In this document: positions 40,940-49,292 of the stretch, piece by piece | Layout of the letters: every line of letters begins with the position of its first letter | Numbering within the stretch: position 1 is the stretch's first letter | Assembly (NCBI GenBank): GCA_964585065.1 | Contig: CAZPCB010000003.1 | Coordinates: forward strand, 526-64,525 | Length of the DNA stretch: 64,000 bases | Direction of reading: 5' to 3' | Source of the DNA: an uncultured Candidatus Saccharibacteria bacterium | GTDB lineage: Bacteria; Patescibacteriota; Minisyncoccia; SW-4-49-11 | The notes under the pieces: model-generated | What the model was told of the DNA's origin: nothing | Seen by the model: the letters and a program-made list of their open reading frames with translations, nothing else | Databases searched by the model: none | Made by a program: the position numbers and the translations under genes

Positions 40940-43151
40940 CTGTTCTTAGTATACCATTTGTGACACTATATCCGCTATCTGTTTTTTGTAAATCAAAAGA
41001 AGAATTATTCCAATCAGATTTCCATTTAGAGGGTAATTCCAAATTATATTGATATCTTACCCCGATACTTCCCGACTGTTTTTGTAATATAAGAGAATAT
41101 ATATCCCCCTTTTGAACTTTAAATGGTAATTCATATTCAACCGTAATTTGACTTATTTCTTTTGGTTTAGTGACAAGCCAACCCCCAATAACGGATTTAC
41201 CACTTTCTTCAAATGTATCAATACGCCAATCTTTATTATGTATTAAAGTACTATTCACAGCTACCAAATCAGCATCTTGATCAAAAGAGGCGATACCATC
41301 TGGTGATTTTTTTTCTCCTCTATCAGTAAATCCTTTACTTTGAAGTATACGAGCTCCTTTTGGGATATATATACGCATATAATCAATATTATCTTTATTC
41401 CACCATTCATATTCACTGTCTCCCCCCTTATGATTACGATTTACCGTTACTGTATTAATAATAGCCCCATTATCTTGTATTTTTGTATTAATTTTCATAG
41501 AGTCTTCTATCACCCCATCTGTCTTATATCCCCCAATATTGGTATGCACTACTGATAAATAATCTTTATTGGTTTCATATAATTTACCCCCCAAATTATT
41601 ATCTATTACAATATGCTGTAATTCAGGATCCAGAAAATATAATAAGATATGTTTTTCTTGAAAAGAATTATTTAAAGCTTCTATAATTTTTTGATATTGC
41701 TTACTATCAGCTGATAATAATTTATTAATAAGCATTGGTGCTAAATCTGCGATAAATTGCTTTGGTTTATTGATTTCCTTATCATAGACTACTCCCGTTT
41801 GATATTGGGTGATTTTAACAAAATTATCAGCGGATACTGTGACGCCATAATTATCGAGTTTAATGGGTCCTGTGATAGTTAATAATCTCTCTATTACGGT
41901 TGGAGTAAGAGATATCACCCCATCAGGAGTTATACCACCTGTTTTTTCATAAAAAGAAATGATTTTCTGAGTACTAGTTGGAAAATCAGCAAACCAATTT
42001 GAGTCTCTTAGATACCAGCGAGGAGTAAGCTCTTGTAATGGCCCTGGGGCTAAAATTTGCTTTAATAATTGACCGTCTGGATTATATATTTCTTGAATAT
42101 CAAGACTTTTTACTACCCCTCTATCTAAATTCATTAGGCCAAAACTTCCAATAAATCCTCCGGTCGCTCGAAGCTCCTGATTATTTTGAAAAATAAATAC
42201 ATAGCGCTTTAATCTATCACTACCCACAAAGTTTAAAAATATATTTACATATTGATCTGAATCTTGTAATACCTGTTTTAATTTGGGAATATCTGTATGT
42301 AATTGGCGTAACATATCTCCTCTATGACCAGGTATGAGATTAAGAGGCAGATTATTCAAATTTGTATCTAATTTATCAAGAGCCGGTACAAGTTTTTTAT
42401 TAATTTCTTGTATATTCTGTACCCCATCGACTAATGTCACTGATTTACTCGTATCAAATGGATTAATATCTTGATTAATAAATGGCTGTATAGCCTCAGA
42501 TAATTCTCCAGAAAGGGCAATAACCTCGGATGTACTTTCAGTTAATTCACTACTATTTTGAATAACTGATAATCCTGGTAATATAGATAATAGTCCTGAT
42601 AGATTCCCTTGTATTGCTGATATATCTTCAGCACTTTTATTCAGCCCATTTGAAATTTCTGTCAATGAATTAGCAAGCCCCTGAATACTATTAGTATCTG
42701 TTTTTGCTAATAATTTCTCACTTGCAGCTGCTTGTAAAGTAAGATTATCTTTTACTCGTATACCATTATTTATCATTCGGAGAGATGGTATACTTGTTAC
42801 CATAATTAAACATAAGGATAAAAATACACCAAGTGAAGCGCGAGATGCATATATTGTTTTATTACTTATTCTATATTGTAATATAGGTTTTGATTTTGAT
42901 ATTTTTTTCTTACCTGTATATTGTTTGGCAGATTGAGGAATAAAAGTAATATGAAGCTCTGATTTATCGGGAATAGTATAGAGTATCTGTTCTTGTATAA
43001 TGATTTCCTCTCCTTCTAGAGGTAATTCAAAGTTATCCAGAGAGCTGAATTCTACATGTGTATTTGTTTCTGTATATTGTATTATATTCTCGCCTATCGA
43101 TTTCGTTTGAGGATGTCTCAAATCGATAATCGATGAGGATTTTTTACCCAT
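40911..43151 (-). CDS. Large membrane-anchored extracytoplasmic protein, DUF4012-like (uncharacterised envelope protein)
   Basis: 746 aa. A cytoplasmic N-terminus is followed by one TM segment (LGVFLSLCLIMVTSIPSL), a coiled-coil/low-complexity region and a large C-terminal domain. The segment RYVFIFQNNQELRATGGFIGSFG resembles the QNNAELR-x-GG core I associate with DUF4012. Confidence 0.5.
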   Translation of the reverse strand: MGKKSSSIIDLRHPQTKSIGENIIQYTETNTHVEFSSLDNFELPLEGEEIIIQEQILYTIPDKSELHITFIPQSAKQYTGKKKISKSKPILQYRISNKTIYASRASLGVFLSLCLIMVTSIPSLRMINNGIRVKDNLTLQAAASEKLLAKTDTNSIQGLANSLTEISNGLNKSAEDISAIQGNLSGLLSILPGLSVIQNSSELTESTSEVIALSGELSEAIQPFINQDINPFDTSKSVTLVDGVQNIQEINKKLVPALDKLDTNLNNLPLNLIPGHRGDMLRQLHTDIPKLKQVLQDSDQYVNIFLNFVGSDRLKRYVFIFQNNQELRATGGFIGSFGLMNLDRGVVKSLDIQEIYNPDGQLLKQILAPGPLQELTPRWYLRDSNWFADFPTSTQKIISFYEKTGGITPDGVISLTPTVIERLLTITGPIKLDNYGVTVSADNFVKITQYQTGVVYDKEINKPKQFIADLAPMLINKLLSADSKQYQKIIEALNNSFQEKHILLYFLDPELQHIVIDNNLGGKLYETNKDYLSVVHTNIGGYKTDGVIEDSMKINTKIQDNGAIINTVTVNRNHKGGDSEYEWWNKDNIDYMRIYIPKGARILQSKGFTDRGEKKSPDGIASFDQDADLVAVNSTLIHNKDWRIDTFEESGKSVIGGWLVTKPKEISQITVEYELPFKVQKGDIYSLILQKQSGSIGVRYQYNLELPSKWKSDWNNSSFDLQKTDSGYSVTNGILRTDEFIGLQTK

Positions 43152-43161
43152 AATTCTGTAT

Positions 43162-44301
43162 TTATATCTTAATTGTATTATACAGGTTTTTTGTACTTTC
43201 TGCCATATCAGCCCAGGAATATCGAGCTAAAATTTCTTGATGATATTGCTTTTGTAATTCTCTTTTTTCTGGACTCATAATAAAATTATATAAAACTTGT
43301 TCCATATTCTCCTGAGATTTAGGGTCAAAATATTCTATATGCTTACCAAAAATTTCCGGTAAGCAGGTAGCATTTGAGATTACAATAGGAGCCCCAAGAG
43401 CAATAGCTTCAAGAGGAGGGAGTCCAAACCCTTCATATAGAGACGGAAATACATAGAATAAACATTTCTCATATAATGAAATCAATTGCTCATCCACTAC
43501 ATATCCTGGGAATATGACTGAATGAGATAATCCCAATGTATTAACTTTTGTGATAATTTGTTCAAAAAAATGATCTTTTTTTCCTACTAATACCAATTGT
43601 AGTTGAGAATCTATATCAGATTTTTGTTTTAGATGATAAAACACATCTATTAACCGTTCAATATTTTTATGGGGATATACATTTCCTACATATAATAGAT
43701 ATTTCCCCGCAATAATCCCATATGTATCAAATGAAAATGATTGTGCATTGAGAGGATTAAAACGTTCTAAGTCCACTCCCTCATATATCATTGCCATTTC
43801 ATTGGATGGAATATGAAAATGCTTCACAATAGATTGCCTGGTATATTCTGAAATAATAATAACTTTTTTGGCAGTATATATTGCATTCATAATAACCAAC
43901 CTATATGCTAGATTTTTAATCGTATACATAATTCGATTTAATCTTGAGGCCTTACGAGTGGGATATTCTAATAAAATTAAATCATGTATAGTAACTATAT
44001 AAGGTTTTCTATATAGAATAGGAATATTAAAATGTAAAAAATGCATTAAATCTAATTGATATTTGCGTAATAATTGGGGAAATAATACTTGTTCTTGCCA
44101 AGAATACCATGGTATATCAGCCAATACTTTATGAAAATTAGGGTTTTGAGGTTGATATTCTTCAATATTATGAGAACTTAAAAAAATATAATATTGATTA
44201 TGATGATCAATTTTTTCTAATTCCTCAATTAATTTTTGAGTATATCGACCCAAACCCTTGCCACTATTCCCAAAAAATCGTGCATCTATCCCTATTTTCA
44301 T
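43162..44301 (-). CDS. Family 4 (GT-B) glycosyltransferase
   Basis: 379 aa. The C-terminal motif is PSLYEGFGLPPLEAIALGAPIV (E-x7-E). The gene has the typical GT4 length. Confidence 0.8.
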   Translation of the reverse strand: MKIGIDARFFGNSGKGLGRYTQKLIEELEKIDHHNQYYIFLSSHNIEEYQPQNPNFHKVLADIPWYSWQEQVLFPQLLRKYQLDLMHFLHFNIPILYRKPYIVTIHDLILLEYPTRKASRLNRIMYTIKNLAYRLVIMNAIYTAKKVIIISEYTRQSIVKHFHIPSNEMAMIYEGVDLERFNPLNAQSFSFDTYGIIAGKYLLYVGNVYPHKNIERLIDVFYHLKQKSDIDSQLQLVLVGKKDHFFEQIITKVNTLGLSHSVIFPGYVVDEQLISLYEKCLFYVFPSLYEGFGLPPLEAIALGAPIVISNATCLPEIFGKHIEYFDPKSQENMEQVLYNFIMSPEKRELQKQYHQEILARYSWADMAESTKNLYNTIKI

Positions 44302-44305
44302 CTCA

Positions 44306-47300
44306 TTATATATTATTATCCATTAAATCTTGAATAAATTTATCTGTTCCCCCTTGTTTATACACCTTAATATCTGGGAAATCTAAACTTATTATTTTAT
44401 GATAAATAATTTGTGTAAGTTTACTTATATAGTTTATATCAGATTCTTCAATTGTGATAGATAATGATATATATTCCCCTTCTATACTTGGCTCTAGAAA
44501 ATCAATTCGTCCTTGCAAAGACTTATCTTGATATTTACCTGCAACTTTCAAAAGAAAAGCATAAAACCATAATTGTCTTTTATATTTATCTAATATATCT
44601 TTTTTAACCTTATTATCCCAAGACAATATGGGAGTTCCTGTTTTAAAATCAACAATCACATAAAAATCTTCAAATTCCTCAATTCTATCTATGGAACCTG
44701 TCAACGGTATTCCCTCCCATTCTAAATATAATTCTCTCACATTATATTCTGACTCATGAGATATAAAAAAGTTTTCTTTTTTAGCCTGTATTAATACTGG
44801 TAATTGATCTTGTATTTTCTGGGATACTTTTGCTGTATTATCTATACTTAATCTTTCCTGAGATAAATAGTTATTCGCAATTTGAGTTAATTCGGTTATA
44901 TTAGGAAAATCCTGATTTGATTGAATTTGTAGGGAAATATAATGAAAAATACGATGCAAAATATTTCCATATGCTGTTGCAATTGTCCCTATGGATGGGA
45001 AATGTAATAAGGCTGATTCCAATACTGCTAAAGGGCCTTTATATACCGTATCTACAAAATTATTCAAATGAGAAGCACTAAAACGATATTGCTGTATAAT
45101 ACCTTCCAGAAAAGATACTTCTTGAGAATGAAATATATTGGGCTGTATTGCCCTCCATGTGGAATTTGCAATATCAAGAGCTTGTACTTGCGGAGTAATT
45201 CCTTTTTCTAAAAATGATAAATAGGGAAGAGATATATGTTCTTTTCCGCCTTCATTATATCGGTGACTCGTAATAAACAAATTATTCTTGGATCGTGTTA
45301 AGGCCACAAATAAAATTCTCAGAAAATCATCTTCTGAATCTTGTTTTGGTACAATCGGTAAATTGAGAGGAAAAGGATAAGGAGAGGATTTCCCTTTTGA
45401 GGCCCAGCCCTTACTGTGAGCACCTATTATAAATACCGTTTCAAATTCTAATCCTTTGACTTTATGAGCTGTCATTAATTTAATGGATTGCTTTCCCGTA
45501 TTAATAATACTTTTTGCCTGCATTCCTCCTTGATTTTGAAAGGCATGAATTGTATCGAGACCATCTTTTAAAGTTAGTCTTTTACCCTGTTTATACGAAA
45601 TAATATGCTCAATAAATGACTTTATCTTAGCTAAATTTTCAATATATTCATTTTCTCTTGTCTCAAATACAGCTTTACCTAAATAATATTGATAGAATTT
45701 AGTATTATCATGAGTAGTATCTTCAATTGAACCAATCAAATATAAAATAATATACTCTATTGTCTCATATTCTGCTATGATGGCTAAATGTAAACATAAT
45801 TCCCCTATTGCCCGTAAATCTTTATTGGGAGAGCTATATAATCTTTCTGTATAAGATTTGGAATAATCTCTTTCTTGAAAAAATTTCCATATCTCTAAGG
45901 TATCAATTCCCCAAAAGGAATAACTTAGAATTTCTGGTAATAAATCATTACGGGGAGATTGGCTTGGAGTAAGAGAATAAATAAAATGTAACAATATAAT
46001 AAGCTGATGAATGATAGTTTCATTCAAAAGATTATATTGTCTTTCATATTCCAGAGGAATATCTAACTCAGCTAAAAATGGTACCATTGCCTCTAGAGAT
46101 TTATGCTGGCGAGCAATAATAACAATTTCCGACAAATCCACCTGAGAACGGCGCAATTCTTCTATTTTATTTGCAATATAGGTATATTCCTCAGCTTGCA
46201 AATTAAATTCATAATATGCTAAATCTCCATCTTGTCTTAATTTAGCTGCTTCGAGTTTTTTTTCTAATACTTCTATACGATTTTCTAATCTATCTTTACC
46301 CTGTGTAATAACTTGTCTTGCAATATCTAAGATTTCCTGACGAGATCGATAATTTTGTGTTAATACAATTAATTGAGTAGTTGGGAATCTACTTTGAAAC
46401 GATAACATATGGGATATATCAGCTCCCTGAAAGCCATAAATACCCTGATCATCATCCCCCACCACTAATATATTAGGTTCTGGATTATCTCTTGTCAAAG
46501 ATAAAATCAATTGCATTTGCACTTCATTGGTATCTTGAAATTCATCAATTAACATAAATTGATATTGTTCTTGTAATTTTGATCTTAATGCCTCATTTTC
46601 TTTGAGTAGAGTTAATGCATTCAAGAGCATATCAGAAAAATCTAATAATTGATTTTGTTGCAAATATTCCTGATATTGTTGATATATTTGACCAAGAGCT
46701 ATTTGCTTTTCATACCTCTCATAATCTACAAGTGTTTTTTTCCCATCCTTTCCCTTAATCAAATGCTTAGCTTTCCATTGAGATAAGGGAGTATAGGTTT
46801 CTTTTTCGAGATCCTCTGTTTCTTCTATAGCTGCTATGAATGATTTTTTTAAGCTTTGTGAATATGCCTGAAAATATCCATTACTCTTGAGCTCAGGAAT
46901 AGATTCTGCTAATATTCTGAATTGTTGCAATTTATCTTGTCTATCTTTTTTTCCACCCAGGGAAATAGCATCAATTTCCTGTATAATTGGTATTAATACT
47001 TTATATTGAGCTTTATTTTCTTGTAATATTGTGTGATATTCTAAGGGAGTAAGACCCGCTTGCTTAATATAACCAATAGCTGAGGCAATATTTTTAATCA
47101 AACTACTCCTATCTTCTCCTCGTGGAATAAGAATATGATTATAGGGTAATATCTGTATAATAGAATTAATAATTTCTGATTGATATACTGATTCTATTGC
47201 TGTTTTTTCAATACCAGCAGTATATTCTGGATAATCCTTCAATAAAGATTGACCAAAGCCATGAAAGGTATGAATATGTACATTATATGCTTTATTCCCA

Positions 47301-47536
47301 ATAAATGAAGCTAATCTTTGTCGCATATTATGGGCAGCAGCATCAGTAAAAGTAAGGCACAGGATATTCTCGGCAGGTATATTCTGTGATTGTAAAATAT
47401 GAGCTACTCTTAGAGATAATAATTGTGTTTTCCCTGAACCTGGACCCGCCACAACCATAATAGGTCCAAACAAACTATTTACTGCCTCTCTTTGCTCTGA
47501 ATTTAATTGTTGTAATGCTTCTTCGTATATTGACAT
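44306..47536 (-). CDS. UvrD/PcrA-type superfamily-1 helicase fused to a C-terminal RecB-family PD-(D/E)XK nuclease (AddA-like helicase-nuclease)
   Basis: 1076 aa. Walker A is AGPGSGKTQLL. Motif II is LIDEFQDTN. The C-terminal region GSIDRIEE...FYVIVDFKTG...KRQLWFYAFLL shows the D, ExK and QxxxY nuclease motifs. There is no Cys cluster. Confidence 0.8.
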   Translation of the reverse strand: MSIYEEALQQLNSEQREAVNSLFGPIMVVAGPGSGKTQLLSLRVAHILQSQNIPAENILCLTFTDAAAHNMRQRLASFIGNKAYNVHIHTFHGFGQSLLKDYPEYTAGIEKTAIESVYQSEIINSIIQILPYNHILIPRGEDRSSLIKNIASAIGYIKQAGLTPLEYHTILQENKAQYKVLIPIIQEIDAISLGGKKDRQDKLQQFRILAESIPELKSNGYFQAYSQSLKKSFIAAIEETEDLEKETYTPLSQWKAKHLIKGKDGKKTLVDYERYEKQIALGQIYQQYQEYLQQNQLLDFSDMLLNALTLLKENEALRSKLQEQYQFMLIDEFQDTNEVQMQLILSLTRDNPEPNILVVGDDDQGIYGFQGADISHMLSFQSRFPTTQLIVLTQNYRSRQEILDIARQVITQGKDRLENRIEVLEKKLEAAKLRQDGDLAYYEFNLQAEEYTYIANKIEELRRSQVDLSEIVIIARQHKSLEAMVPFLAELDIPLEYERQYNLLNETIIHQLIILLHFIYSLTPSQSPRNDLLPEILSYSFWGIDTLEIWKFFQERDYSKSYTERLYSSPNKDLRAIGELCLHLAIIAEYETIEYIILYLIGSIEDTTHDNTKFYQYYLGKAVFETRENEYIENLAKIKSFIEHIISYKQGKRLTLKDGLDTIHAFQNQGGMQAKSIINTGKQSIKLMTAHKVKGLEFETVFIIGAHSKGWASKGKSSPYPFPLNLPIVPKQDSEDDFLRILFVALTRSKNNLFITSHRYNEGGKEHISLPYLSFLEKGITPQVQALDIANSTWRAIQPNIFHSQEVSFLEGIIQQYRFSASHLNNFVDTVYKGPLAVLESALLHFPSIGTIATAYGNILHRIFHYISLQIQSNQDFPNITELTQIANNYLSQERLSIDNTAKVSQKIQDQLPVLIQAKKENFFISHESEYNVRELYLEWEGIPLTGSIDRIEEFEDFYVIVDFKTGTPILSWDNKVKKDILDKYKRQLWFYAFLLKVAGKYQDKSLQGRIDFLEPSIEGEYISLSITIEESDINYISKLTQIIYHKIISLDFPDIKVYKQGGTDKFIQDLMDNNI

Positions 47537-47620
47537 ATATTTTATTATATCATAAAAGTGTATAGTTAAATGAAAACCCCCACATCGCTATGCAGGGGTG
47601 AAGTAAAAAAGTAATAGATC

Positions 47621-48073
47621 TCAGATAAGATGTCGATATTGCTGTAATTGCCTTTCCAAAACTTGAATTATCGTATTAGCATTATTTCTGCTAAACGGAA
47701 TTATATCCGTATCTTGCTTCCACAAACGTGATGCATTAATAGTGATATTGTATGTATTGATATGAATCAAGAGAATTTCATCACTTTGATGTCCTTTCCT
47801 GACTCGAACTCGAATTGATCCTTGATCAGAGTAAGCAATATGAATTTTCTCTACTTCAATGGGTCCAATATTGCTAAAGCTTTCTTGCCCATTAGATAAT
47901 TGTTTCAAAACTGTATTAGCATGTGCTGCTTTCTGAAGGCGATCAATCCATTCATTGCCTATCCATTTATTGGCATGGTAAATAGGGTTAGAAATATCTG
48001 TGTCAAGCTGATCTGCATGAGAAGGTAAATCAGCAGCAATTTGCTCCATCACTTGAGCTGGGACATCAGTCAT
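47621..48073 (-). CDS. Hypothetical protein (150 aa, no recognisable family)
   Basis: An intact ORF in the operon-like position between nrdB and the helicase-nuclease. Its composition is slightly more GC-rich than its neighbours. Confidence 0.5.
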   Translation of the reverse strand: MTDVPAQVMEQIAADLPSHADQLDTDISNPIYHANKWIGNEWIDRLQKAAHANTVLKQLSNGQESFSNIGPIEVEKIHIAYSDQGSIRVRVRKGHQSDEILLIHINTYNITINASRLWKQDTDIIPFSRNNANTIIQVLERQLQQYRHLI

Positions 48074-48079
48074 GATTAT

Positions 48080-48111
48080 TTCTGCCAGGTGTAGACAATA
48101 TGCCTGGCAGA
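48080..48111 (-). promoter_or_regulatory. GC-rich perfect inverted repeat ttctgccagg-N12-cctggcagaa ending 6 nt upstream of the ATG of the 150-aa ORF; candidate operator or translational-control hairpin
   Basis: The 10-bp arms were read directly and are 7/10 GC in an AT-rich intergenic region. There is no U-tract after the hairpin, so it is unlikely to be a terminator. Confidence 0.35.
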
Positions 48112-48234
48112 ATAACCCCTACTCCAATAAAGTAAGAAGCATTATGCCAAGCATATTAAACAAAAATAACAGCTATAGTATACTATAATCCAAATATTAA
48201 TTCAACACTATAGATATATAACGATTCTCTTTTT

Positions 48235-49269
48235 TTACCAATCTAGAGTTCCTCCTGTTTGATATTCAATAACTCGAGTCTCAAAGAAATTCTTCTCCTT
48301 AGCTAAATCCACTGATTCAGACATCCATGGGAATGGATTTTCTGTTCCATAAACAATAGGGAGCCCCACTCTTTGCAATCTTCTATCTGCAATATATTCA
48401 ATATAGCGTCTAAATCCATCGGTACTAATTCCCATTATCCCTCTTGGGAAACATGTTGTTGCAAATTCATATTCTAATCCCACAGCTTCTTTAATCAAAT
48501 CAGTAATATGAGCTTGAAATTCTTGAGTCCATAATTCGGGCTGTTCTTGCTTTATAGTATTAATCATATCGGCTCCAAAATTGAGATGATTTGATTCATC
48601 TCGCATAATATATTGAATTTGCTCAGCACTACCTGGCATTTTATTTTGTCGTTGAAAACCAAATATTACTGCAAAAGAGCTATAAAAGAAAATTCCTTCT
48701 ACAATAAGAGAAAATACACAAAGATTCTCTAAGAATTTCTGATCTGATTCAAAAGTACCGGTTTTAAAATGAGGATCAAAAATTCCATCATTGAATGATA
48801 AGAAGAATGAAGCTTTATTATAAATGCTTGCAACTTCACGATACATATTGAATATTTCACTTCCATCAAGACCCAAACTTTCCACCATATATTGATAGGC
48901 ATGTGTATGTATAGCCTCTTCATACGATTGACGCAAAAGATACATACGAATTTCTGGAGATGTAATATGCTTATAGGTAGCAAGTACGAGATTGTTCGCA
49001 GCAAGTGAATCAGCTGTAGTAAAGAATCCTAATACAGTTTTGAAGGCAAGTCTCTCATCTTCAGTTAAAATAGTATTTGATTTCCATTGCTCTACATCAA
49101 TTTGCATACCAATTTCGGTTGGTAACCAATGATTAGCATTCCCGGTAAGATAAGCATCCCAAGCAAAAATATGTTTCATGGGATGTAATTGCACCACATC
49201 CCCATCTTTTCCATTAATAACTCGTCTGTCATTAATATTAATTCTTTTATTTGTTTGGGTAATAGACAT
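48235..49269 (-). CDS. nrdB: Ribonucleotide reductase class I small (beta) subunit
   Basis: 344 aa. The ferritin-like di-iron ligand motifs EEAIHTHAY and MRDESNHLNFG are present, with a FFYSSF segment between them. Confidence 0.85.
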   Translation of the reverse strand: MSITQTNKRININDRRVINGKDGDVVQLHPMKHIFAWDAYLTGNANHWLPTEIGMQIDVEQWKSNTILTEDERLAFKTVLGFFTTADSLAANNLVLATYKHITSPEIRMYLLRQSYEEAIHTHAYQYMVESLGLDGSEIFNMYREVASIYNKASFFLSFNDGIFDPHFKTGTFESDQKFLENLCVFSLIVEGIFFYSSFAVIFGFQRQNKMPGSAEQIQYIMRDESNHLNFGADMINTIKQEQPELWTQEFQAHITDLIKEAVGLEYEFATTCFPRGIMGISTDGFRRYIEYIADRRLQRVGLPIVYGTENPFPWMSESVDLAKEKNFFETRVIEYQTGGTLDW

Positions 49270-49292
49270 ATTGGTAGTATTTATTAAATGTA

